Part shown: piece after piece, positions 1-9,319 of the stretch
Numbering within the stretch: position 1 is the first letter of the stretch
How the letters are laid out: every line of letters starts with the position of its first letter
Assembly: GCA_050303635.1 (NCBI GenBank)
Contig: JBNLCD010000002.1
Span: 1 to 51,995, forward strand
DNA length: 51,995 bases
Direction of reading: 5' to 3'
Source of the DNA: Anaerolineae bacterium
GTDB taxonomy: Bacteria > Chloroflexota > Anaerolineae > Aggregatilineales > J027
Position numbers and translations under genes: made by a program
The notes under the pieces: model-generated
Database searches by the model: none
Seen by the model: the letters and a program-made list of their open reading frames with translations, nothing else
What the model was told of the DNA's origin: nothing

Positions 1-3
1 CAT

Positions 4-2061
4 ATGGATATAAGGCAATCATCTGTCAAAACATTCTCGTTGAATAAGACTTGGCCTGTCATTGGATTAGGCCTAATCATGCTACTTGCACTCGTTTTAC
101 GCGTCTATCATCTCAGTTCCATTGGAGACGCCAATCGCTATTACACAGCGGCTGTCGAAAGTATGTTGCAATCGCCGCATAACTTTTTCTTTGTATCCGC
201 GGAACCCGGTGGCTCGGTTACTGTCGATAAACCCCCATTAGGCTTATGGTTTCAGGCGATATCGGCCTATTTCTTGGGCGTGAACGGGGTAGCCGTTGCC
301 CTTCCGCAAATTCTAAGTGGCGTGCTTTCGATTCCATTGCTCTATTGGCTGGTTAAACGCTGGTGGGGCGATGTGGCGGGTCTTATTGCGGCCTTTGCCT
401 TGGCCGTGACACCTGTGGCGATTGCCGCCGAGCGTAATAATACAATGGATGGCACACTCGTCTTTTTCCTATTACTCGCGGCATGGGCATTTATCCTAGC
501 GACCGAACGCGGCAAATTGCGCTATTTATTGCTGGGGGCCGTATTAGTGGGCGTGGGCTTCAATATCAAAATGATGCAAGCCTTTTTACCCCTACCTGCT
601 TTTTACACCCTCTATTTCTTTGGGGCCAAATTAGGTTGGCTCCGGAAGATAGCCTATTTAGGTCTCGCTACCATTGTTTTAGTGGCAGTTTCACTTTCGT
701 GGGCTGTTGCAGTGGATTTAGTACCCGCTGATCAACGTCCTTATATTGGTAGTAGTACGGATAATACGGTCACTGAACTCATCTTTGGTCATAATGGTCT
801 CAATCGCCTCAATCAAGAAACACCCGGCGGGAATGACGACCAGAATGCCCCGACAGGCAATAGGTTGCCGGATGGAAATTCGGCACCACCTGATGGCCAA
901 AACAATATCCAACCACCTAATGGTGCGGCTGGGGGCAATGGCGGTGGTGGTGCCTTTAGTTTTGAAGTTGGCGAACCGGGCCTGTTCCGTTTATTCACAG
1001 CACCACTCTCGAATGAAGTAAGCTGGTTGTTGCCGTTGGGTTTATTTGTGATTGGGTTGCTTATTCTGAGTACACGCATTCACTTCCCGTTGAGCATTGC
1101 CCATCAAAGTGCAGTGCTGTGGGGCGGCTGGTTACTGACTGAGGTTGTGTTCTTTACCATTGCTGACTTCTTCCACGCTTATTACATGATTATGCTTGGT
1201 GCCCCACTTGCGGCGCTGGTTGGTATTGGTATTGTCCGGCTCTGGCAATTACGTGAACACCGCGCATGGTTAGCCGGTTTACTATTGGCGATCGTCAGCG
1301 CTGGCACGCTGGCTTATCAATATTATTCTGTGGCTGAATATGTCACAGACTATTGGTGGTTTTCTCTGGCGGTTACCGGATTTGTAATCGGACTTGGCTT
1401 GCTAGGGTGGGGAACTTTGCGCTCGGCTTCGCAATTTACGATAGCTGGATTTGCTGGAATCGTACTCGCTTTGCTCATTACGCCGACGGTATGGTCAGGT
1501 TTGACAACACTTGATGAAAACTTCAGCACCAATTTGCCTCATGCATATGCGGGTGAGAGCCAAGATCAACGCGCGCCCACTAATTCAGAACGAAATGTCA
1601 GCACCGAATTGATTGACTATCTTGAGGAAAATACAGAAGGCATGAAATATATGATGGCTGTAGCCAGTGCACAACAAGGCGCACCTTATGTCCTCGACAC
1701 AGGACGTGGCGTACTCTATATGGGTGGTTTCAATGGTGGCGATCCTGTTGTTGATAGTGATGATTTGGCCAAACTCGTGGCTGATGGTGACTTGCGCTAC
1801 GTACTGTATTCACAAAGCAACGGTCCCGGCGGCGGCGGTAATACGCAGGAAATTGGTAATTGGCTGAGTGACTCTTGTGCCGTGGTGAATGATATAGATT
1901 TGGGATCAACTGATTTACAAGACGGCCCTCCCGGTGGCGGAACGCCACCCAATTTTAACGGTGGGCAAACACCCCCGCAACGTCCCGGTGGCGCTGGTGG
2001 ATTTGGCCCACCACGAGGTGGACCGAACCAAGGGACGACCTTATACGATTGTGCGAGCTAG
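4..2061 (+). CDS. Polytopic membrane glycosyltransferase, GT-C fold, family 39 (ArnT/PMT-like), with Gly/Pro/Asn-rich low-complexity insert and tail
   Basis: 685-aa ORF with many hydrophobic helices. The N-terminal segment ...YYTAAVESM...VTVDKPPLGLW... is typical of GT39/PMT_2 enzymes. It carries an internal low-complexity block (GGNDDQNAPTGNRLPDGNSAPPDGQNNIQPPNGAAGGNGGGG) and a C-terminal GGxPP-rich tail. The ATG is 3 nt from the window edge, so the promoter and true start cannot be verified. Confidence 0.7.
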   Translation: MDIRQSSVKTFSLNKTWPVIGLGLIMLLALVLRVYHLSSIGDANRYYTAAVESMLQSPHNFFFVSAEPGGSVTVDKPPLGLWFQAISAYFLGVNGVAVALPQILSGVLSIPLLYWLVKRWWGDVAGLIAAFALAVTPVAIAAERNNTMDGTLVFFLLLAAWAFILATERGKLRYLLLGAVLVGVGFNIKMMQAFLPLPAFYTLYFFGAKLGWLRKIAYLGLATIVLVAVSLSWAVAVDLVPADQRPYIGSSTDNTVTELIFGHNGLNRLNQETPGGNDDQNAPTGNRLPDGNSAPPDGQNNIQPPNGAAGGNGGGGAFSFEVGEPGLFRLFTAPLSNEVSWLLPLGLFVIGLLILSTRIHFPLSIAHQSAVLWGGWLLTEVVFFTIADFFHAYYMIMLGAPLAALVGIGIVRLWQLREHRAWLAGLLLAIVSAGTLAYQYYSVAEYVTDYWWFSLAVTGFVIGLGLLGWGTLRSASQFTIAGFAGIVLALLITPTVWSGLTTLDENFSTNLPHAYAGESQDQRAPTNSERNVSTELIDYLEENTEGMKYMMAVASAQQGAPYVLDTGRGVLYMGGFNGGDPVVDSDDLAKLVADGDLRYVLYSQSNGPGGGGNTQEIGNWLSDSCAVVNDIDLGSTDLQDGPPGGGTPPNFNGGQTPPQRPGGAGGFGPPRGGPNQGTTLYDCAS

Positions 2062-2063
2062 GG

Positions 2064-2103
2064 AGAACTCCCGTTGAATACCCAAATTCAGCGGGAGTTT
2101 TTC
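2064..2103 (+). terminator. Rho-independent terminator after the GT39 gene
   Basis: AACTCCCG (2066-2073) pairs with CGGGAGTT (2092-2099) across an 18-nt loop and is followed by a T-run. It lies between convergent genes. Confidence 0.7.
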
Positions 2104-2109
2104 TATGAT

Positions 2110-4179
2110 TTATTCAATGGGAATCTGCCAAATGCTTGTTGTAAGAGCCGATGTGCTTGTTGCAATAAAATTTCCATCTGGCGACCACGTAATATCGCTA
2201 AAAAACAACGTGCCGAGTAAATAATTAGGAACTTCGGATTCTAGGATATGACTCAACGTGGCCGTTTTCTTTTCAATATCAATTGTCCAAATCTGTAATC
2301 CTGTTTCTCTTCTATCTTCAGGACTTGTGTACCATGCCGCTAACTGGGTGCCTTGCGGATTCCAACGAAGGAAAGTGAAATTAACAACATTCTCAAGTTC
2401 AAAACTCATATAGTCTTGCAGTCTATTATCATCTTGCAAGGCCCATATTTGTACGCTAGTTAAATCTGTTCCACGCCCAACAAGATATTGACCACTTGGA
2501 TGCCAATCTAAACTTTGGTTGTAGTAATTGTCTATGGGGTTTTCGCCAACAATATTACCAGTTGCAACATCTATAATCGAAATAGATGATTGTTGAGTAT
2601 TTATGTCGCCGTGTGGAAAGGCGACGAGCGTTCCCGTCGGATGCAAAGCTATATCTCGCATAACTAGCGTTCTATATTCAAAAAGTAACTCTTCGGTTTG
2701 CACATTATATGCGCCTATATGAGATTGCCCAGAATAAATAGAATATGTGCCATAAGTCAAAATTCGACTATCCGCTGACCATTCTAAATGATTGACTATA
2801 TCGCTATAAGATTCTTGGACAGGTGCAACTTGGATAACTTCATGTGTTTCTGTTGACCAAATAAATATATCAAATGGATAGACTTGGTCGGGATGAGGAT
2901 CAACCATATGATGCCAACTCCCTGTAGCGATATACTGCCCATCAGGACTCCAAGCTAAGCTCATAATTGGATTGTCCATAGATGGCGGATTTGGTGATTT
3001 CCAAACCTCCAATTCTGTCCCCGTCATTGCATCCCAGATGTATATATCCTGACTATAACGTGCTGTCGCAATGCGCGTTCCATCCGGACTAAAACTTCGG
3101 CTCTGCGAAAAGCCATATAACCATTTTTGTGACCATGTCTCGGTTGCGAAATTGTAAACAAGGATTTCATGTCGCAAGGTGCGTATCGCTAATGCCGAGT
3201 TATCGGGACTTAGTTTCGCTGAAGCAATAAAGCCCTCTCTCTCAGGGGTATATTCCAGCAAAGTTTGGCCAGTCTGAATATCTACGACTAATAAACTTGG
3301 TAAAATCTTATTGCCCCAAACTACAAGCTTCTGACTATCGGCTGACCAGTTTACATCTGTATAACGAGTGAAACGGCTATCATCATTATCTTGCAACTCA
3401 AAAAGATCGGTATTCGCAGATTGAATGGTTACAATACCTTCGCTGGAAATTGCTTGATATTGCCCATTGGGACTGGTTGAGAGCAAGCCTGTTTGCTCAA
3501 GGGGCGTATAGTCAACAGTTTGAAAATTTGGACCCGAAAGGCTAATCCGTTCATTGCTTCGACTGACTTCTAATTTTGGTTCATCTGCATCCCATGTCCA
3601 TTTCGCATCTCCCGGAATATTCAATTCAGTAATATCTATTTCCTGAGTGGCATCATTGTATATATCCCAAATAATTAGTTGATACGGCTGGGTTTCGCCC
3701 ACTTGGGTAGCCGTTAATAAGACCTTATTCGCCGTGTCATCCCATACTTGAGGAATCGCGAATACATTTTCAACTAAATCTAATTCGTGGACAATCTTGC
3801 CAGTAGGAATATCCCAATTTATCACAATATTATTCGCTAAAGTTTTTTCTGGGGTATCCAGCAGATAAGTTTGATTTCCCGCCAAGAGTTCAGTACCAGT
3901 GGAATTCCACAACAAATTATTCACTATGGGGACAGTGGAAGGATTTTCTAGAGTTTGGATTTCATTCAAATTTTGATCAAATAAGACGGTGCCCGTGTAA
4001 GTGCTGGCCGCTAAGATTTTGCCATCGGGTGACCACGCCATATCGGTCAAGCCACCATATTCACCTAATATTATGACCTGTCCGTTATCTTGCGCTTTGA
4101 TCTGGTTTCTGGCTTGGGGAACAAAGAAAATCAGGGTGAACAGGCATATGCTTAAACAGAATTTTGTCCAAGTTTGCAC
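2110..4179 (-). CDS. Secreted WD40/PD40-like beta-propeller repeat protein (paralog 1)
   Basis: 689-aa ORF with a GTG start and an N-terminal signal-like segment (FCLSICLFTLIFFVPQA). It has recurrent WSPDG / WNxxG / IW(D) repeat signatures along its whole length and is collinear with the next ORF. Confidence 0.7.
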   Translation of the reverse strand: MQTWTKFCLSICLFTLIFFVPQARNQIKAQDNGQVIILGEYGGLTDMAWSPDGKILAASTYTGTVLFDQNLNEIQTLENPSTVPIVNNLLWNSTGTELLAGNQTYLLDTPEKTLANNIVINWDIPTGKIVHELDLVENVFAIPQVWDDTANKVLLTATQVGETQPYQLIIWDIYNDATQEIDITELNIPGDAKWTWDADEPKLEVSRSNERISLSGPNFQTVDYTPLEQTGLLSTSPNGQYQAISSEGIVTIQSANTDLFELQDNDDSRFTRYTDVNWSADSQKLVVWGNKILPSLLVVDIQTGQTLLEYTPEREGFIASAKLSPDNSALAIRTLRHEILVYNFATETWSQKWLYGFSQSRSFSPDGTRIATARYSQDIYIWDAMTGTELEVWKSPNPPSMDNPIMSLAWSPDGQYIATGSWHHMVDPHPDQVYPFDIFIWSTETHEVIQVAPVQESYSDIVNHLEWSADSRILTYGTYSIYSGQSHIGAYNVQTEELLFEYRTLVMRDIALHPTGTLVAFPHGDINTQQSSISIIDVATGNIVGENPIDNYYNQSLDWHPSGQYLVGRGTDLTSVQIWALQDDNRLQDYMSFELENVVNFTFLRWNPQGTQLAAWYTSPEDRRETGLQIWTIDIEKKTATLSHILESEVPNYLLGTLFFSDITWSPDGNFIATSTSALTTSIWQIPIE

Positions 4180-4261
4180 AATGAGATTCTTTCTCTAACA
4201 CCATATGCCTCTTGTCATGTGATAGTGCTTTCAACGAGAGGCATACCGTGGTGTCTATTTT

Positions 4262-6352
4262 CTATTTGACTTGCCAAATACTCGTGGTATTGATGGTTAA
4301 GCTTGTGGCAATCATTGACCCGTCGGCTGACCATGCCAGGGCATCGAAGCTGGCTGACGGAATGAGATAATCCGGGTAGTCTGGCACAAAGAGCTCATGT
4401 AGACTGGCCGTATTAGCTTCACTATCCACATCCCAGATTTGTACACCGAGGATTTGCTCTTCATTGATATACCATGTCGCGAATTGGGTACCTTGCTCAT
4501 TCCATTCAAGTGAACTGCGGCTAACTTTACCTTCTAGGTCAAATTGCTGAACCATTTCAGATGATGTGTCAGATTCCCAAGACCAGATTTCCACACGGGC
4601 GGTATCTCTTTCATCAAACAAAACACCAAACTGATTGCCCGCTGGATGCCAATCTATTGATCGTAAAACAGCTGAATCAACGTCTTCAAATGCTATTTCA
4701 TCAATCACATCGCCTGTTTGCGTGTCCAAGAATACTAAGTTTTGACCATCCGAGTTCAGAGATTGAGTCACTAAGGTCAAAACATCGCCGGAAGGATGCA
4801 ACGCAATATCGGCTACGCTTACTTCGAGAGGTGCTTGGAAAATGAGTGTTTCGGTGGGCAGATGATAAATACCAATATGAGATTTGGCTCGCTGATTAGA
4901 TAGAGTGCTATATGCCAAAGTCTCACTATCGGCTGACCATTCTAATTCAGCAATAATATCAACATCATAGGCTACGGCAGGCACAATATACTCAACTTCA
5001 CCTGTTTCAGCCGACCAAATAAAGAGATCAATCGGACGACTATCAGGGTTAGTGACAGGGCCACCAGCGACAGCTCCCGTTGCTACATAGTTGCCATCTG
5101 GGCTCCACGCCACCGTAAATAATAAATTGGCATCGGCTTTGGGATCATTCGGCGTTTCCCAAGCCTCAAGTAACTCACCGGACATGGTATCCCAAATATG
5201 AACTTGCTGAGAGCTCGCATTGACAGTGGCTAATTTAGAACCATCTGGACTGAAACTTACGGCTGTAGTTGGCCCTCTAAAAATCTGTTGAGAACGCTCA
5301 CCTGTTGCCAAGTCATAAATAATCAGTTCATTCGTAGTGACAATACGAATAGCAAGTTTTGAGCCATTTGGACTAAATTCTACGCCACTCACCATCCCCG
5401 CATAATCATAGGTAAATTCAAGCAAAATATCTCCTGTCAAAACATCTGCTACCATCAGATTAGGGATGACAGGCCGACCCCAAACAGCGACTCGTTCACT
5501 ATTCGCGGACCATGTAATTTCTCTATAGCCTTGAAAGCGTCCTTCTTCGTCGCCTGACAGCTTGAGCGTTTGACCGTTTGAACTGGTGATAATAAATGCG
5601 CCATCTTCACTGGTGGCTTGGTGTGTCTTATCCGGGCTATAGAAAACACCCCTTGCACCAGTAGTAACTTCGTTTTGCATAATTTGACTGGTGTCATCTA
5701 ATGTGATACTAAACTCATTTACACCAGATGCCGTACTGATGTTTTGTCCATCATCTGACCAAGTCCAAACTCCGCCCTGCTGAAGGCTTAATTCGGCGAT
5801 ATCAATTTCTTGAGTGGTCTTTGTGCTTGCTTCCCAAATAACTAGGGTGAGCGTTGTTTGTTGATTATCTATAGTGAATAAAACATGGGTGCTATCTGGA
5901 CTCCATGCGGCGAACTGAATTTGACTATCTTCAGGTGCTGGAAGGGTAAATATAATTTCACCTGTCTCAATATCCCAGATATAGGCATCATTATTTGTTT
6001 TGCCACTTGGAAACATGCGCCCGCCGACTGAAGCAAGCCGAGTGCCATCTGAACTCCATTTTAAGCCGCTCGTAACTTTTATTTCAGACGGCGGTTCGAG
6101 AAACGCAAGTTCATTGAATGAAGCATCGTAAAGGACAATGCCTGAATAGGTGCTGACGGCTAAGGTTGTGCTGTCGGGTGACCATTCGTAATCGGCCAAA
6201 CCACCATATTTGCCTAAAACATGTAGAGGTTCGGTTACTAAATGATCTTGAGCTTGAGTAGTTAGATTTGGGGTGATCATAATGAACATCAATATAAATA
6301 TGAAAATTAGAGAAAGTCTGCTACACATTAGCCCTGCTCCCATTTTATCCAA
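4262..6352 (-). CDS. Secreted WD40/PD40-like beta-propeller repeat protein (paralog 2)
   Basis: 696-aa ORF, similar end to end to 2110-4179 (for example LGKYGGLADYEWSPDSTTLAVSTYSGIVLYD against LGEYGGLTDMAWSPDGKILAASTYTGTVLFD). The signal peptide is LSLIFIFILMFIMITP. The ORF-track start at 6352 is TTG; in-frame ATGs at 6343 and 6328 are alternative starts. Confidence 0.7.
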   Translation of the reverse strand: MDKMGAGLMCSRLSLIFIFILMFIMITPNLTTQAQDHLVTEPLHVLGKYGGLADYEWSPDSTTLAVSTYSGIVLYDASFNELAFLEPPSEIKVTSGLKWSSDGTRLASVGGRMFPSGKTNNDAYIWDIETGEIIFTLPAPEDSQIQFAAWSPDSTHVLFTIDNQQTTLTLVIWEASTKTTQEIDIAELSLQQGGVWTWSDDGQNISTASGVNEFSITLDDTSQIMQNEVTTGARGVFYSPDKTHQATSEDGAFIITSSNGQTLKLSGDEEGRFQGYREITWSANSERVAVWGRPVIPNLMVADVLTGDILLEFTYDYAGMVSGVEFSPNGSKLAIRIVTTNELIIYDLATGERSQQIFRGPTTAVSFSPDGSKLATVNASSQQVHIWDTMSGELLEAWETPNDPKADANLLFTVAWSPDGNYVATGAVAGGPVTNPDSRPIDLFIWSAETGEVEYIVPAVAYDVDIIAELEWSADSETLAYSTLSNQRAKSHIGIYHLPTETLIFQAPLEVSVADIALHPSGDVLTLVTQSLNSDGQNLVFLDTQTGDVIDEIAFEDVDSAVLRSIDWHPAGNQFGVLFDERDTARVEIWSWESDTSSEMVQQFDLEGKVSRSSLEWNEQGTQFATWYINEEQILGVQIWDVDSEANTASLHELFVPDYPDYLIPSASFDALAWSADGSMIATSLTINTTSIWQVK

Positions 6353-6552
6353 TTCGATTACCTAGACACTTTCATTATATGAGAGAGTAGAAATCTGTGC
6401 TGAGCACCACTGGCATAGAATCAATTAATAAGACATAACTAGAACTTCGCTAATCTTCTGATATTGCGCGGCATTCAGGCTTTTCTAAAACGCTAAAAGC
6501 GCGTTATAATGGGGCTAGGTTTAGCTTTGTTGAGGAAGGACAATCCGCCGTC

Positions 6553-7350
6553 ATGAAGCGGTGGGGTGTGCGATGGATTTTTTGTTGGCTTAGCGTACTC
6601 ATCACAACTGCGTGTGGGCATGTATTAAACTCGCCTACTCCCACTGAAGAGAGTACGGAACGTGTGCCGACGCTCCAAAATTTTATTCCACCTTCAACAG
6701 ATTCACCAACATCAGAAATTCGTCCACAAGCAACGATTACACCGAACTTCCCACAAGCTACCGGTTATCGTTTAGCAACTCTAACACCTGTACCCCATGT
6801 TATTGCTGAAACCCCAACTTGTTATGAAACCACAGTGCGCAGTCTAGTCTGCTTAGGCTGGGTGCAAAATAATTATAATGAACCTGTCACGAATGCTAGT
6901 ATCCAATTTTATCTCCTCAACATGCAAGGCGATTTATTAGCCGCTGAAGAAATAACCACCAGTTTGCCTATTATTCCAGCCCAAGATGGTAGTCCTTATC
7001 GTGTTGTGTTTACTGAGCTACCGCAACAATCTTGGTCTATTTATACTGAAATCAATGCGGTTGAAACACTCCAGACAGAACAATATATTCCACCAGACAT
7101 ACAAATTACCCAGTCGCAAATTGACTGGGTAGATGGTCGTTATCAAGTTAGTGGTGAAATTAAGGCCAATCCGAGTTTGGTTTCGCGTGTGCGCGTCGTC
7201 GTTTCGATACGAAATGAACTTGATCAAATAACAGGCTTCCGTATTATTGATCTTGAAGAGGTTGATACAACGACATCCTTCAACTTAAATATTATGCCGC
7301 TTGATGGTTTGCCCGGCGACGTTAAGATACAGGTGGAAGCTCTCCCGTAG
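6553..7350 (+). CDS. Hypothetical exported protein or lipoprotein with a Ser/Thr/Pro-rich linker
   Basis: 265-aa ORF. The signal sequence ends ...VLITTAC-G (lipobox-like) and is followed by an S/T/P-rich stretch (SPTPTEESTERVPTL...PPSTDSPTSE). I recognise no family. A TATAAT-like box lies about 45 nt upstream (GCGTTATAATGG). Confidence 0.55.
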   Translation: MKRWGVRWIFCWLSVLITTACGHVLNSPTPTEESTERVPTLQNFIPPSTDSPTSEIRPQATITPNFPQATGYRLATLTPVPHVIAETPTCYETTVRSLVCLGWVQNNYNEPVTNASIQFYLLNMQGDLLAAEEITTSLPIIPAQDGSPYRVVFTELPQQSWSIYTEINAVETLQTEQYIPPDIQITQSQIDWVDGRYQVSGEIKANPSLVSRVRVVVSIRNELDQITGFRIIDLEEVDTTTSFNLNIMPLDGLPGDVKIQVEALP

Positions 7351-8173
7351 CTATATAAGCTTCATAAGCCCGACACAATGCGCCCCATTCCTCTAGGCTA
7401 AGCGTTTCAGCACGACGCTTGGCATCAATCTCTACGCTTGCCAATAACGCGGTAACTTCACCTGATTGTAGTCTGAGCCCACCTTTTAGTGGATTCTTGA
7501 TTTGTTTGCGCTTTTGACTAAATCCAGCCCGCACGATTCTGAAGAACTTTTCTATATCGCCGACTTCAACAATAGGTGTCGGGTAGACATCAATGCGTAG
7601 CACTGCTGATTCAACATCTGGTCGGGGATAAAACACGGCAGGATTAAGTCGGGTGATAATTTGCGGCTTCCCATAAAATTGCACACTAACACTCAACACA
7701 CTCATATTGCCTGCTTCTTCCATAATGCGCTCGGCGACTTCTTTCTGCACAGTCAACACCAAACGTTGTGGGCGATTGGAATGGTCCATGAGTTTACGGA
7801 GAATGGCACTCGTAATATAGTAAGGCAGATTTGCCACAACATAATAAGGTTGATCGCCGACAAGTTCTTCCAAATTAACTTTTAAGAAGTCATTATGAAC
7901 AATTTCAACATTTGGATAGTCAGCCAGTTCACCTTCGAGGAGCGGGATAAGACGGTCATCGGTTTCAATGGTAATAACTTTTTCGGCTGTTTCCGCCAGC
8001 AATTGGGTCATAACGCCGGTCCCCGGTCCGACTTCTAAAACCAAGGCACCTTCAGGAAGTTCAGCGCTTTCGACAATGCGTCGCACGGTATTTGGGTCGT
8101 GCAAAAAATTCTGTCCCAAACTTTTCTTCGGATAAATATTATAATCACTCAAAACATCTTTGGGGTTACGCAT
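7322..8173 (-). CDS. rsmA: 16S rRNA (adenine1518-N6/adenine1519-N6)-dimethyltransferase
   Basis: Motifs are KKSLGQNFL, a SAM-binding VLEVGPGTGVMT, and VVANLPYYITS. I place the start at the second ATG (8173) because AAGGAGAG lies 8 nt upstream; the ORF track extends to 8203. Confidence 0.9.
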   Translation of the reverse strand: MRNPKDVLSDYNIYPKKSLGQNFLHDPNTVRRIVESAELPEGALVLEVGPGTGVMTQLLAETAEKVITIETDDRLIPLLEGELADYPNVEIVHNDFLKVNLEELVGDQPYYVVANLPYYITSAILRKLMDHSNRPQRLVLTVQKEVAERIMEEAGNMSVLSVSVQFYGKPQIITRLNPAVFYPRPDVESAVLRIDVYPTPIVEVGDIEKFFRIVRAGFSQKRKQIKNPLKGGLRLQSGEVTALLASVEIDAKRRAETLSLEEWGALCRAYEAYIATGELPPVS

Positions 8174-8240
8174 TGGATTATTCTCTCCTTGGGGTGTATA
8201 CAACAGGGCATGAGATTGCTGAAAGTAGGCTTAGGGGTAA

Positions 8241-9302
8241 TTAGTTGGCCCCGACAGCGACAATTTCGGGAATGGGTTCTTGCACAATAAGTTGACTTTG
8301 CAGAAAGCGACTGACTTCTTCGCCGTTTTCTTGCCGAACTCGCCACCGTAATTCTTCAACACCGTCTTCGCCTGCCTGAATGATTTTTTGTTCAGTGGGG
8401 CTGAGTGCTTCGTCATGAACCACAATAATTTCATACGGAATAGCTTGATGATCAACCTCAATGAGTTCCACTACGCGGACAATCTCAATGATCATGTTAT
8501 CTTCAAAAGTATCATCTTCGTCAGGAATTGTATAGTCTTGGCCAGTTAAACTTAGACCTAGCTCAGTAAGCACATCGTTTACAGTTGAGCCAATGATTCG
8601 GGTATGCCAATCAAGACCATCAATTTTTACTAAGACAGGCGTTGAACCCGTAATATTGATGACAATATCATCATAAAGAGGCGTGTTCAGTGGCAGATTG
8701 ACTTCATCCGCTAAATAAAGCTCTACATTTTCCTTATATAATAGATCACCCACGGTCGCCGCTGTAGTTGTACCCGTTACGACATCATCATGATAATTGA
8801 TCGTATATGTTTTGCTTCGAATAATTTGAACATGCCACGGTGATTCTTTTAAAGTAGGTATCAAACTGGGGTCAATCTGTTGATGATTAATCAGGAGTTT
8901 ATCATTTTCGCCTAGTTCAATTGTGTTCTCATCGAGGATATCCAGGATATTGGCTTCATGCGTATATAAACGCGAAATTTCGCCATCAATATCCAAGACG
9001 AGTTGATGGGCCCGCTGAATTTTGATAACCATCCCATCTTTAATTTGTTCACCTGGCAAGGGATCAATTCTATCTGTTTCCCCTAAATCAATTTGAGCCT
9101 CATCGAGTACGATCTGAACAGTTTCAGCTTTGGTTCGAACCGTCCATTCTTGATCGTCGACGATAATCATGACCTTGTTCTGGGATATTCTGTCATAAGC
9201 TAGCCAACCACCAGTGATGAATAAAAAAATAACCACACTCAACACAAATCGTCGGAGGATGTGTGTTGGAATGTGGAGAATGGATGCTATTTTATTAACC
9301 AT
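8241..9302 (-). CDS. DUF348-repeat plus G5-domain membrane-anchored protein (YabE/RpfB-like N-terminal architecture, no catalytic domain)
   Basis: 353-aa ORF with an N-terminal TM helix (FVLSVVIFLFITGGWLAY). It has repeated about 45-aa modules of the DUF348 type (...V.VDG....T.A.TV.D.L.E.GI.L...D...P). The G5-like end is (...EIIVVHDEALSPTEQKIIQAGEDGVEELRWRV...EIVAVGAN). It lies immediately upstream of rsmA, as yabE and rpfB do in Firmicutes and Actinobacteria. Confidence 0.7.
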   Translation of the reverse strand: MVNKIASILHIPTHILRRFVLSVVIFLFITGGWLAYDRISQNKVMIIVDDQEWTVRTKAETVQIVLDEAQIDLGETDRIDPLPGEQIKDGMVIKIQRAHQLVLDIDGEISRLYTHEANILDILDENTIELGENDKLLINHQQIDPSLIPTLKESPWHVQIIRSKTYTINYHDDVVTGTTTAATVGDLLYKENVELYLADEVNLPLNTPLYDDIVINITGSTPVLVKIDGLDWHTRIIGSTVNDVLTELGLSLTGQDYTIPDEDDTFEDNMIIEIVRVVELIEVDHQAIPYEIIVVHDEALSPTEQKIIQAGEDGVEELRWRVRQENGEEVSRFLQSQLIVQEPIPEIVAVGAN

Positions 9303-9319
9303 AGTGTTTTAGCTAATTA

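Noticed and set aside
483-1948. Several 60-91-aa ORFs in alternative frames within the GT39 gene, and similar ones in the WD40, etf and kor genes.
   Set aside because: They overlap longer ORFs that carry family motifs. Their composition is consistent with out-of-frame or antisense translation.
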